Of a DNA stretch of 64,000 nucleotides, positions 18,950 through 27,392 are shown in pieces. The DNA is from Bacillota bacterium (GTDB taxonomy: Bacteria > Bacillota > Sulfobacillia > JAJYWN01), in assembly GCA_021791495.1 (NCBI GenBank), contig JAJYWN010000060.1, positions 141,591 to 205,590 of the forward strand, given 5' to 3'. Position numbers and translations under genes: made by a program. How positions within the stretch are numbered: position 1 is the first letter of the stretch; every line of letters begins with the position of its first letter. Under the pieces are notes generated by a model, which was not told the DNA's origin, made no database searches, and was given only the letters and a program-made list of their open reading frames with translations.

Positions 18950-19932
18950 CGCCCAGTGAGCCCCTGGGTGGCTCCCAAGGCCGCCCGCATTACCTGGTCA
19001 AGGGTCCGGCCATCCTCGTCGCGCTCGGCACCGTAGGAGACCAGCGCCAGTGCGCCGACCTTCGGGTAGGAGAGCAGCCGCCGCAGGCCTTCTCCCAGCT
19101 GATCGCCGGAGATGCCTCCCGGCGCGGGCAAACCCGCCGCCGGCGCCAGCGTGGGGTCAAGAATGTCCAGGTCCACGTGCACGTAGACCACATCCTCGCG
19201 CGCGCACAGGCGGTCCATGGCCCACTTCAGCCGGGGAGACCATGCAGACCCGTCGGACCCCGCCTCCCCTTGTAACAGGTCATCCACGGTCAAGGTGACG
19301 ATGCCGTCCTCCTTGATCGCTTCCTGCTCCGGCGGATCGACGTCGCGGAGCCCCACCATTAGCACGTCGGGCGCCTGTAGCGGGACGCGCAGGCCGCTGG
19401 CGCGGCGCAGCCGCGGTAAGCACTTCCCGCAGGCGGTGGCCACCGGCATCCCGCCCAGCATGCCGCTGGGACTGGTCTCGGGGGTGTTGTAGTCGGCATG
19501 GGCGTCGATCCAGACCAGCCCGACGCGGCGGGGCCACTCCGGCTCCACGCTCCTGGCCAGCCCGCCAAGGATGCCCAGCACCGAGTTGCAGTCGGCGCCG
19601 AGGGCTACGACGAAAGGCTGGGCATTCACGCTGTCGCAGGCCCTGGTGTCGCGGGCGACCCCGCTGCCGCCAGCCTCGACGCCACCCGGCCTCAGTCTGG
19701 CCGCCGCCACCAGGCCCGCCAGACAACCATTGGCCATCCCCACCCGGTTCCATCCGCCGTAACGGGCTTCCTCATCGGGCGTCAGGGTGACGGTGGCGGG
19801 CCCTTGGACGGTGTGTCCCTGGGCGGTCAGTCTATCGGCGATACCGGCTCGTATCAGGGCTTCAGGACCGGAACCGTGGCCCTGACCTTTGCCTTGGACA
19901 TTGTAAGGTTGGGCAATCAAGGCGACGCGCAA
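18946..19932 (-). CDS. Arginase-family (ureohydrolase) protein
   Basis: GADCN, WIDAHADYNTPETSPSG, GLRDVD, HVDLDILDP. Confidence 0.9.
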   Translation of the reverse strand: MRVALIAQPYNVQGKGQGHGSGPEALIRAGIADRLTAQGHTVQGPATVTLTPDEEARYGGWNRVGMANGCLAGLVAAARLRPGGVEAGGSGVARDTRACDSVNAQPFVVALGADCNSVLGILGGLARSVEPEWPRRVGLVWIDAHADYNTPETSPSGMLGGMPVATACGKCLPRLRRASGLRVPLQAPDVLMVGLRDVDPPEQEAIKEDGIVTLTVDDLLQGEAGSDGSAWSPRLKWAMDRLCAREDVVYVHVDLDILDPTLAPAAGLPAPGGISGDQLGEGLRRLLSYPKVGALALVSYGAERDEDGRTLDQVMRAALGATQGLTGR

Positions 19933-20049
19933 GGGAAACCGCCCTCCATCCCAGATCGATCACAAGGTTTCGCAGTCACCGGAGTCGATTCCTTGGGGAA
20001 GGAAGTGGCAGAGGCACATGGAAATGGCGCAAGCAAGGTGCGAGGGGGG

Positions 20050-21231
20050 GTGCGGTGGTTGCACAGGAGTATCGCTCTGGCGATTGCCGAGGTGGCGCTA
20101 ATACTGGTGCTGATGCCGGTGCTTATGCTTTCCGGAGGGTGCGCCGGCAAGGGCAAACCGTCCGGCGGCACCATGTCGCCATCCTTCTCCTCCCAGCCAA
20201 CGCAACCCTCCCAGGCCACCCAGCCAACATCCAAGCCAAGCGAGCAACCGACTACCCAGCCAACCGCGCCATCGACTACATCCGTCAGCCGTGGGCAGTC
20301 CATCCCCGCGACAAGGGCGAAGGCACTCCCGTCGGCCGACCCCTTTCCTCCGGTCCTCCGTTCGGACCAGTGGCAGGCCCCCATACCCCTGCCCGGCCCC
20401 ATCAATACGGCGGGCGCCGAGGATTCCCCGTTCGTGTCCCCCGACGGCAAGGAGTTCTATGTCTTCTTCACGCCCGACCCAAACGTCCCACCGCAGAAGC
20501 AGCTTCTGGATGGTGTAACCGGGATCTGGCGGGCGACCAGATCCGGCGAGACGTGGACCGAACCAGAACGAGTGCTGCTCTCTGATACGCTGGCCCTGGA
20601 CGGGTGTCCGACGCTGCAAGGCGAGACGCTGTGGTTCGCGTCGGTCCGCGCGGGGAGCATGGGCGAGATCGACGTCTTCACGGCACGCCGAGGAGCCGCC
20701 GCAGGACCTACGAGCGGCGCCGGTGCCGCGACGGGTGGTGGGGGTGGCGCGGGGGGCGGAGCCTGGACGAAGTGGGAAAACGCCGGTGCCCAGTTGAACA
20801 AGGATTTCGATATCGACGAGTTCCACGTCACCGCAGACGGCATGACCTTGTACTTCCACTCATCGCGTCCGGGCGGTTACGGCGGGCTGGACATCTGGAT
20901 GACCCAGAAGACGGAGAACGGGACCTGGGGTACTCCAGCGAACCTGGGTCCCGGAGTCAACACCGCCGCGGACGAGGGCCGGCCCTTTCTGACCTCCGAC
21001 GGCAGAGAGTTGTGGTTCGACCGGCCCGGATCGAAGGACCCGGGGCCCGCTGTGTACCGTTCCGTCAAGGCTGCCGACGGCAAGTGGGGCATCGCGCAGG
21101 AGGTAATCTCACGCTTCGCGGCCGAACCCACCTTGGACGACCGCGGGAACATCTACTTCGTGCACCATTACTTCACGCCGGACGGGAAAACCATGGTTGA
21201 GGCCGACATCTATGTCGCCTATCGCAAGTGA
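20050..21231 (+). CDS. Lipoprotein with PD40/TolB-like beta-propeller repeats
   Basis: Signal with lipobox-like LSGGC, Pro/Thr/Gln linker, INTAGAEDSPFVSPDG, SSRPGGYGGLDIW, VNTAADEGRPFLTSDG; GTG start inferred. Confidence 0.75.
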   Translation: MRWLHRSIALAIAEVALILVLMPVLMLSGGCAGKGKPSGGTMSPSFSSQPTQPSQATQPTSKPSEQPTTQPTAPSTTSVSRGQSIPATRAKALPSADPFPPVLRSDQWQAPIPLPGPINTAGAEDSPFVSPDGKEFYVFFTPDPNVPPQKQLLDGVTGIWRATRSGETWTEPERVLLSDTLALDGCPTLQGETLWFASVRAGSMGEIDVFTARRGAAAGPTSGAGAATGGGGGAGGGAWTKWENAGAQLNKDFDIDEFHVTADGMTLYFHSSRPGGYGGLDIWMTQKTENGTWGTPANLGPGVNTAADEGRPFLTSDGRELWFDRPGSKDPGPAVYRSVKAADGKWGIAQEVISRFAAEPTLDDRGNIYFVHHYFTPDGKTMVEADIYVAYRK

Positions 21232-21304
21232 TTCCGGAGCTGAGGAGCCGAGGCTGAGGGGCCAAGGCGCAGGAACCGAAACCGAGGAGCCAGAGAGTGG
21301 GGCA

Positions 21305-21637
21305 TCATCGGAGGAGGCCACCCGCCAAGGAGGCTACCAGTAGCGCCACCAACCCACCACCGACCACCGCAAGCAAAGCCGCGGTGAAATGGGCTTTTCC
21401 CAGAATCCTGGCGCGCCATTGGTACAGTTGCACCGCCAGGCCACTTCCGATGACGATCCCCAGGAGGTCCCAGGCAGGATCTTTCAGGAAGAAGGACCGA
21501 CGGGCCACCGCCAGTAGCAGGGCAAACATGGCCAAGAGGTAACCCAGCCGGTAACTGGCGTTTTCCACCGCTATCGTGCGCTCGTCCCTTTCCGGCGGCT
21601 CCTGCCGCGGGCTTTGGCTCTTGTGACTTGCGGGCAT
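21305..21637 (-). CDS. Small membrane protein (DER-motif type, partner of Xre regulator)
   Basis: ERDERT motif followed by 3 TM helices; begins 1 nt after the HTH gene stop. Confidence 0.7.
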   Translation of the reverse strand: MPASHKSQSPRQEPPERDERTIAVENASYRLGYLLAMFALLLAVARRSFFLKDPAWDLLGIVIGSGLAVQLYQWRARILGKAHFTAALLAVVGGGLVALLVASLAGGLLR

Positions 21638-21638
21638 C

Positions 21639-21854
21639 TCACATCTCCTCCAGTTGGAAAAGCTCTTCGACCTTCTTCTCCAAAACCCGTGCAAGGATGA
21701 GGGCCAGTTTCGCCGACGGGGCATACTGGCCATTCTCAATGTAGCTGATGGTCTGACGGGTCACGCCCGCCATGGCCGCCAGATGCTCTTGGGACAGATC
21801 CTTCTCGGCTCTTACCACTCGAAGCCGGTTCCTCAGCCGGTACGCTTCTGACAT
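21639..21854 (-). CDS. Xre-family HTH regulator
   Basis: NRLRVVR...SQEHLA...GVTRQTISYIENG.YAPS..LA...VEELF. Confidence 0.92.
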   Translation of the reverse strand: MSEAYRLRNRLRVVRAEKDLSQEHLAAMAGVTRQTISYIENGQYAPSAKLALILARVLEKKVEELFQLEEM

Positions 21855-21877
21855 CCTCGTTCGACCCTCCCGGCTCA

Positions 21878-21918
21878 AAGGTAAAATACATTTGTCGTTT
21901 TGTCAAGTATACTTGACA
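21878..21918 (-). promoter_or_regulatory. Promoter with overlapping perfect palindromic operator
   Basis: TGTCAAGTATACTTGACA (21901-21918); minus-strand TTGACA - 17 bp - TACCTT. Confidence 0.75.
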
Positions 21919-21996
21919 CCCTGGATCGGTTAGGTGGGAGGTGCGGGCTTCCCGGAATAGAAACTGTGGATAGGTCCCCACGATGGGAGGCAATCT

Positions 21997-23787
21997 GTGA
22001 TGCCTGCTCCGATACGGCCCCCTTCTGAAGCGTCACCTACTTGGAGACGCCTGACCCGTGCCGAAGTCCACGTGGAAATGACCTGGAACCTGGCCGACAT
22101 CTTCCCCACCCCCGAAGCCTGGGAGACGGAGATGGCGGCGGTGGAAGCCGACATTCCGACAGTGACGACATACCGGGGCAAGCTTGGGGAAGGCACGTCG
22201 GTGATCCTGGCCTGCTTGGAGGCCTACGAGAATCTCGCCGCTCGCACCGGCCGGGTTTCCAGCTACAGCTTCCTGAACTGCGCGGTCGACGCCACTTCCG
22301 CAGCCAAACAGGAGGCCTACGCCAGGGCCCAGACCCTTATGGCGAAAGTGCAGGCCGCCGCATCATTCATTAGGTCGGAAATCCTCACCCTCCATCCCTG
22401 CACCGTAGAAGGCTTGTTGGCAGACGGTGATCTGGAAGGTGACGGCGGCCTCAGCTCGTACCGCCCATATCTAAGGGGTCTCCTTCGGCAGAGACCTCAC
22501 CAACTGAGTCAACAAACGGAGGAAGCTCTCGTGGCGTTCGGAGAAGTGCTGGGCGCCAGCAAAACCATCTATGACCAATCCAAGATGCTGGATATGTCTT
22601 TCCCGCCGGCCACCGACAGTGAATGCCACCAGCATCCACTGTCCTTTGGCGCCTATGAAGCCCGCTACCAGAACACATCCGATCAGACCCTGCGTCGCAG
22701 CGCCTGGGCTTCATTCACGGCCGGCTTGAAAGGTTACCGGCACACCTACGCCGCCACTTGGTCGACGATGGTCCGTCGGAACATCGTCCACGCCAGCCTC
22801 CGCCGGTACGAGTCGGCCCGCGATATGTTCCTCGACGAACAGGGAGTACCGCTTAAGGTTTACGACAGCCTCCACGACGTCATTCTGGCTGAGCTGGCCC
22901 CCCACATGCGACGTTATGCCGAACTGCGGCGGCAAGTGTTGGGCCTGGACCGATTGCTTTATTGTGATCTTGAGGTTCCCCTGGACCCCGGTTACCTCCC
23001 GGCCGTGACCGTCGAAGAAGGCCGGGAGATGCTCCTCCGGGCCCTGGGTGCGCTCGGCGGAGAGTACCGTCAGATAATCGCCGATAGCTTTAGCCACCGG
23101 TGGATAGATTGGGCCGAGAACATTGGGAAATCCCCGCACGGCACCGCGGGCATGGTTCCCGGCGTTCACCCCTATGTAATGGTTACGTGGACGGGTAGCA
23201 TGCGTAATACGTTCACTCTGGCACATGAACTCGGGCATGCCGCCCAGATGTTCTTAAGCTATATCCATCAGGAACCGTTGAATAGCATTCCCTCTCGCTT
23301 CTTCATGGAGGCACCGTCCACGGCGAACGAGGCCATCCTCGGCCTTGACGCCTTATCCTCCAGCACCGGTGAACGCAGGCGCTTGTGGGTTTTGACCTAC
23401 CTGCTCGCCAGCTACCACCACAACTTCGTCCGTCACCTAATAGAGGGAGAGCTGGAGAGGCGGATATACGCTCTGGCCGAGCGCGAGCAGGCCATCACTG
23501 AGCGGGAGCTGTCGGGGGTGCAGGGCGATATCTTAAGGGAGTTCTGGGGCGACATTCTTGAAATCGATGATGGCGCCCGCCTGACCTGGATGCGTCAGCC
23601 CCATTATTACCGTGGCCTCTACTCGTATGCCTACGCGGCCGGCCTCACCATCGGGACCGCTGTGGCTCTGGCCCTCCGGGACGAGGGCGAACCGGCCGCC
23701 GTTCGCTGGGTAAACGCGCTGAAAGCCTGCGGGGCCAAAGGCCCCCTCGAACTGGCGCAGATCGCCGGGGTGGACCTGATCGCCTGA
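21997..23787 (+). CDS. pepF: Oligoendopeptidase F paralogue 1, divergent, C-terminal frameshift
   Basis: HELGH, EAPST, WMRQPHYY; the last ~20 conserved residues (PDPIHKAVTFVGTLVDDV) lie in another frame after the stop. Confidence 0.85.
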   Translation: MMPAPIRPPSEASPTWRRLTRAEVHVEMTWNLADIFPTPEAWETEMAAVEADIPTVTTYRGKLGEGTSVILACLEAYENLAARTGRVSSYSFLNCAVDATSAAKQEAYARAQTLMAKVQAAASFIRSEILTLHPCTVEGLLADGDLEGDGGLSSYRPYLRGLLRQRPHQLSQQTEEALVAFGEVLGASKTIYDQSKMLDMSFPPATDSECHQHPLSFGAYEARYQNTSDQTLRRSAWASFTAGLKGYRHTYAATWSTMVRRNIVHASLRRYESARDMFLDEQGVPLKVYDSLHDVILAELAPHMRRYAELRRQVLGLDRLLYCDLEVPLDPGYLPAVTVEEGREMLLRALGALGGEYRQIIADSFSHRWIDWAENIGKSPHGTAGMVPGVHPYVMVTWTGSMRNTFTLAHELGHAAQMFLSYIHQEPLNSIPSRFFMEAPSTANEAILGLDALSSSTGERRRLWVLTYLLASYHHNFVRHLIEGELERRIYALAEREQAITERELSGVQGDILREFWGDILEIDDGARLTWMRQPHYYRGLYSYAYAAGLTIGTAVALALRDEGEPAAVRWVNALKACGAKGPLELAQIAGVDLIA

Positions 23788-23935
23788 CCCGATCCATAAA
23801 GCGGTCACCTTCGTCGGCACCCTCGTGGATGACGTGGAGCGGCAGGTACAAAACCTTCGGGCGTGGAAACTTCAGGGGATAGAGGAAAACCGCGAACCTA
23901 CTAAACGATAGGCTCAAGACAGGAGGTAGCCCCAG

Positions 23936-25744
23936 ATGCCCGAACCTGCTCAGCGGCGCCTGACCCGCGCCGAAGTCCCCGTGGACATGACCTGGAACCT
24001 GGCCGACATCTTCCCCACCCCCGAAGCCTGGGAGGCGGAGATGGCGGCGGTGGAGGCCGACATCCCCAGCGTGACCCAGTACAAGGGAAAGTTCGCCGAA
24101 GGCCCCTCCGCCCTTCTGGCCTGCCTGGAAGCCCAGGAGAAGCTGCAGGCCCGCTTCAGTCGCGTGATGTCCTACGCTTCCCTGAACAATTCGGCCGACG
24201 GCAGCTCGCCCGCTAACCAGGCGGCCACCTCCCGCGCCGGGGCCCTAGCGGCGAAGATCCACGCCGCCACCACCTTCATCCAATCGGAGGCCCTCGCCCT
24301 CCCGGCCGGCATCCTTGAAGGGTATCTGGCGTCCGAACCGGGTCTCGCCTCCTTCCGGCATACCATCGAACGGATGGTGAAGGAGAAACCGCACACCTTG
24401 AGCCAGGAGACCGAGGCGGCCCTAGCGGCGTTAGGCGAGGTTCTGGATGCTCCTAGCATGATCTACCGCCTCTCGAAGGTGTCTGATATGACCTTCCAGC
24501 CGGCGACCGACAGCAAGGGGAACGCGCACCACATATCCCCCGCGGGATATGAGGGACGCTTCCGTGACACCGACCAAACGCTTCACCACAACGCCTGGGC
24601 CTCTTTCACCAAGGGGCTCGCCGCCTACAAGAACACCTACGCCGCCACCTGGGCGACCACGGTGAAGAAAAATGTGGTGGAGGCCAGGTTGCGGGGATAC
24701 GCCTCGGCGCGGGACATGATCTTGTCGCGGCAGGAGGTCACGCCGGAGGTCTACAACAACCTCCACGACATCATCCTAAAAGAACTGGCGCCGCATATGC
24801 GCCGCTATGCCGAGCTGCGGAAACGCGTGCTGGGGATGGACAAGATACTCTACTGCGATCTCGAAGCCCCGCTGGACCCCGACTATACTCCCACCATCAC
24901 CTTCGAAGAAGCCGGCGAGATTTTGCTGCACGGTCTGGCGGTGCTCGGAGACGAGTACCTCGACATCATTCGCACCGCCCTGAAGAACCGTTGGATCGAC
25001 CGGTCCGATAACGTGGGTAAGTCCACCGGCGCTTTCTGTAACACCGTTCCCGATGTTCATCCCTACGTCATGATGACCTGGACGGGGAGCATGCGCAACG
25101 CTTTCACCCTGGCCCACGAGTTGGGTCACGGCGGGCAGGGAGTGTTGAGCCACCGGTACCAGCGGCTTTCAAACACACGGCCTTCGATGTTCTTCATTGA
25201 GGCGCCCTCAACGATCAACGAGATCATCGTCGGCACCGATATCCTGGCCAACAGTACCGACAAGCGCCGGCGGCGGTGGGTCATCATGATGATGCTGGCC
25301 AGCTACCACCATAACTTCGTGCGCCACCTGATCGAAGGCGAGCTGCAGCGCCGGATCTACGCCATGGCCGAGCAGGGCCGCCCCATCACGGAGCAGACGA
25401 TCTCGAAGACTCAGGGCGAGATCTTGAGCGAGTTCTGGGGCGACGTCCTGGAAGTCGACGACGGCGCGAGGCTCACCTGGATGCGGCAGCCCCACTACTA
25501 CCGTGGGCTTTACCCCTACACCTACTCCGCGGGACTCACCATCGGGACCACGGTGGGGCAGGCCATCCGCCAGGAGGGACAACCGGCGGTGGACCGCTGG
25601 CTGACTGTGCTCAAAGCCGGCGGGACCAAGGGGCCCATCGAACTGGCGAAGATGGCGGGCGTGGACATGAGCGCGCCCGATCCCATCCGCAAGGCGGTGG
25701 CTTTCGTCGGCTCGCTGGTGGATGAGGTTGTCGCCAGCTTCTAA
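23936..25744 (+). CDS. pepF: Oligoendopeptidase F paralogue 2
   Basis: GKSTGAFC, HPYV, HELGH, EAPST, WMRQPHYY; AGGAGG RBS. Confidence 0.95.
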   Translation: MPEPAQRRLTRAEVPVDMTWNLADIFPTPEAWEAEMAAVEADIPSVTQYKGKFAEGPSALLACLEAQEKLQARFSRVMSYASLNNSADGSSPANQAATSRAGALAAKIHAATTFIQSEALALPAGILEGYLASEPGLASFRHTIERMVKEKPHTLSQETEAALAALGEVLDAPSMIYRLSKVSDMTFQPATDSKGNAHHISPAGYEGRFRDTDQTLHHNAWASFTKGLAAYKNTYAATWATTVKKNVVEARLRGYASARDMILSRQEVTPEVYNNLHDIILKELAPHMRRYAELRKRVLGMDKILYCDLEAPLDPDYTPTITFEEAGEILLHGLAVLGDEYLDIIRTALKNRWIDRSDNVGKSTGAFCNTVPDVHPYVMMTWTGSMRNAFTLAHELGHGGQGVLSHRYQRLSNTRPSMFFIEAPSTINEIIVGTDILANSTDKRRRRWVIMMMLASYHHNFVRHLIEGELQRRIYAMAEQGRPITEQTISKTQGEILSEFWGDVLEVDDGARLTWMRQPHYYRGLYPYTYSAGLTIGTTVGQAIRQEGQPAVDRWLTVLKAGGTKGPIELAKMAGVDMSAPDPIRKAVAFVGSLVDEVVASF

Positions 25745-25770
25745 GGCCTGACAAAGAACAAGACCAAAAC

Positions 25771-25807
25771 CAAGACCCTTCCCCAGTCGGTCCGGGGAGG
25801 GGTCTTG
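25771..25807. terminator. Hairpin between convergent genes, probable bidirectional terminator
   Basis: CAAGACCCTTCCCC-N9-GGGGAGGGGTCTTG. Confidence 0.65.
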
Positions 25808-25809
25808 TC

Positions 25810-26265
25810 TTACGGTGTTCCGGGATCCCCGCCGCCGTCGGGGTAGTCGGGAAAGGCGGCTACCTTGATCAGGCGGAGCAGCTTCCTCTTCTCCTCGGGA
25901 GACAGGGTGAGGGCGGCCCGGCGGATGAGGGCGAGCCCTTCGGGCCAGGCAGAGTCGTCCTGGCCGCCTGCGCCTGGGCCGTAGGCGGTCCCTGGCTCGG
26001 TCACCGCGTCGGCACGCCCCAGAAGATAGTCCGTGGAAACAGAGAAGTAGTCGGCCAGGGCCTGGAGCGTTTCGTACGTGGGCATTCGCTTGCCGATCTC
26101 GTAGTGGGCCAAGGTCCCCCGGGGAATGTGGAGACGTGACGCCAGGTCCACCTGACGCAACCCCGCGTCCAACCTCAGTCTCCGCAACCTGTCGCCAAAG
26201 CCGCCTGACAATCTCTTGCCCCCCAACCGAGCCCATCGCCCATCCCGGGTGCGGTCGTTTCCCAT
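25810..26265 (-). CDS. Xre/CI-like (ImmR-type) repressor
   Basis: FGDRLRRLR...RQVDLA...YEIGKRMP...LADYFSVSTDYLLGR. Confidence 0.9.
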   Translation of the reverse strand: MGNDRTRDGRWARLGGKRLSGGFGDRLRRLRLDAGLRQVDLASRLHIPRGTLAHYEIGKRMPTYETLQALADYFSVSTDYLLGRADAVTEPGTAYGPGAGGQDDSAWPEGLALIRRAALTLSPEEKRKLLRLIKVAAFPDYPDGGGDPGTP

Positions 26266-26290
26266 CTATGCCTCTATTCTAACTGCGGAA

Positions 26291-26408
26291 TGTGGCTCTG
26301 CGCTACCTCGATTAGGCCTCAGGGCAGCCGAATCGTAAAGGTCGAGTGCGGGAACCGCACATTTCCCGGCGAAGAAGCTTGACGTGTAGCGCATCGCTAC
26401 AATATACT
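26291..26408. promoter_or_regulatory. Divergent promoter region with two related palindromic operators
   Basis: TTGACG (26379) - 18 bp - TATACT (26403); TGTAGCG-CAT-CGCTACA (26385-26401) fills the spacer; second copy TGTGGCTCTGCGCTACC at 26291. Confidence 0.75.
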
Positions 26409-26452
26409 TCTACCTAAAGAGACTTGCCCGGAGGACCGGAGGTAGCCAGGCC

Positions 26453-26653
26453 ATGGTCGTCAGACGCCGGCTCATCGCTCTCCGTCAGTCCAAAGGTATG
26501 ACCCAAGCCCAAGTGGCCCAAGCGCTGGGCCTGTCACGCGCATACTACACGCAGTTGGAGACGGGGCGACGGACCCCATCTCTGGACGTTGGGCTCCGAC
26601 TCGCCCGGTTCTTCGGAGTGTCTTTTGAAGAGCTTTTCGCCCCGCGGATGTAG
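26453..26653 (+). CDS. Cro-like short HTH regulator
   Basis: LIALRQSKGMTQAQVA..LGLSRAYYTQLETGRRTPSL...FEELF; GGAGGT RBS. Confidence 0.9.
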   Translation: MVVRRRLIALRQSKGMTQAQVAQALGLSRAYYTQLETGRRTPSLDVGLRLARFFGVSFEELFAPRM

Positions 26654-26702
26654 CGGTGGCGCGCGTGCCCCTTTCCACCACGAACAGGGGACGGAAATAG
26701 CC

Positions 26703-27374
26703 ATGCGTCAAGCCGTGACCCGGAAAGTCATAGAGGAATTGTCCCTTGCCCGTCTTTGGCCCAGAGACATCATCGAGGAATTCGCCGACTCCTACGTTGA
26801 GGCCGTCACGACCAAGCCCTTGGTCCTACTGGTCGGGTCGGCCGGAACTGGGAAGATGATGTGGACTTCGGTGGTAGCCCAGGCCCTTGGAGATGCCTGG
26901 CGGGCCGTGTCCGCGCGGCCGGCCTGTGACGGAGGCAAGAGTCTCTTCGGCGCCTACGATGCCTTCCTGCACAGGTACCGCCGGACAGAGGCTCTCGATT
27001 TCACCATAGACGCCCTGAACGAGTTTCGAGCCCACGGGCTTGCGGCGCAGCGCTACCACCTTTGCCTCTGCGGACTGCGCACGGCTGTGGCAGCCCCCTG
27101 CCTGGCGCCCGTGTTGCGTGCCCTGGAGACCCCGGAACGTCAGATTCGGCTGCACGATCAGCGCGACGAACTGAAAGTTGGGGTGGCCCGCACGCTGTTC
27201 CTGCCGACGAACCTGGTCATTGTGGCTTGCATTGATGACATGCCCGGTGGCGCGATCACCCACCCCACGGAGGGTAACCTCACGGAGGGTAACCTCGCTA
27301 AACTGGCCTTGAGGTTCCCCGACCTCCACCTCTCGCCAAACCTTTTTGCAGGAGGGGATGGGCGGCTCTGGTAG
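26703..27374 (+). CDS. Degenerate McrB-like AAA+ domain protein
   Basis: KPLVLLVGSAGTGK, VSARPA..GGKSLFGAY, LFLPTNLVIVAC follow McrB-like layout; Walker B LDEMN appears replaced by LCGLR; C-terminal part short. Confidence 0.55.
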   Translation: MRQAVTRKVIEELSLARLWPRDIIEEFADSYVEAVTTKPLVLLVGSAGTGKMMWTSVVAQALGDAWRAVSARPACDGGKSLFGAYDAFLHRYRRTEALDFTIDALNEFRAHGLAAQRYHLCLCGLRTAVAAPCLAPVLRALETPERQIRLHDQRDELKVGVARTLFLPTNLVIVACIDDMPGGAITHPTEGNLTEGNLAKLALRFPDLHLSPNLFAGGDGRLW

Positions 27375-27392
27375 AAGTGCCTCCCCGGAGAG

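Noticed and set aside
21237..21300. Degenerate GAGGAGCC-type repeats between convergent genes
   Set aside because: Too short and degenerate to assign; consistent with general slippage
23785..23787. TGA as selenocysteine/readthrough in pepF1
   Set aside because: Homology continues in a different frame and TAA follows three codons later; a frameshift explains it
25810..26653. Intact prophage or ICE
   Set aside because: No integrase, replication, structural or conjugation genes and no att repeats seen
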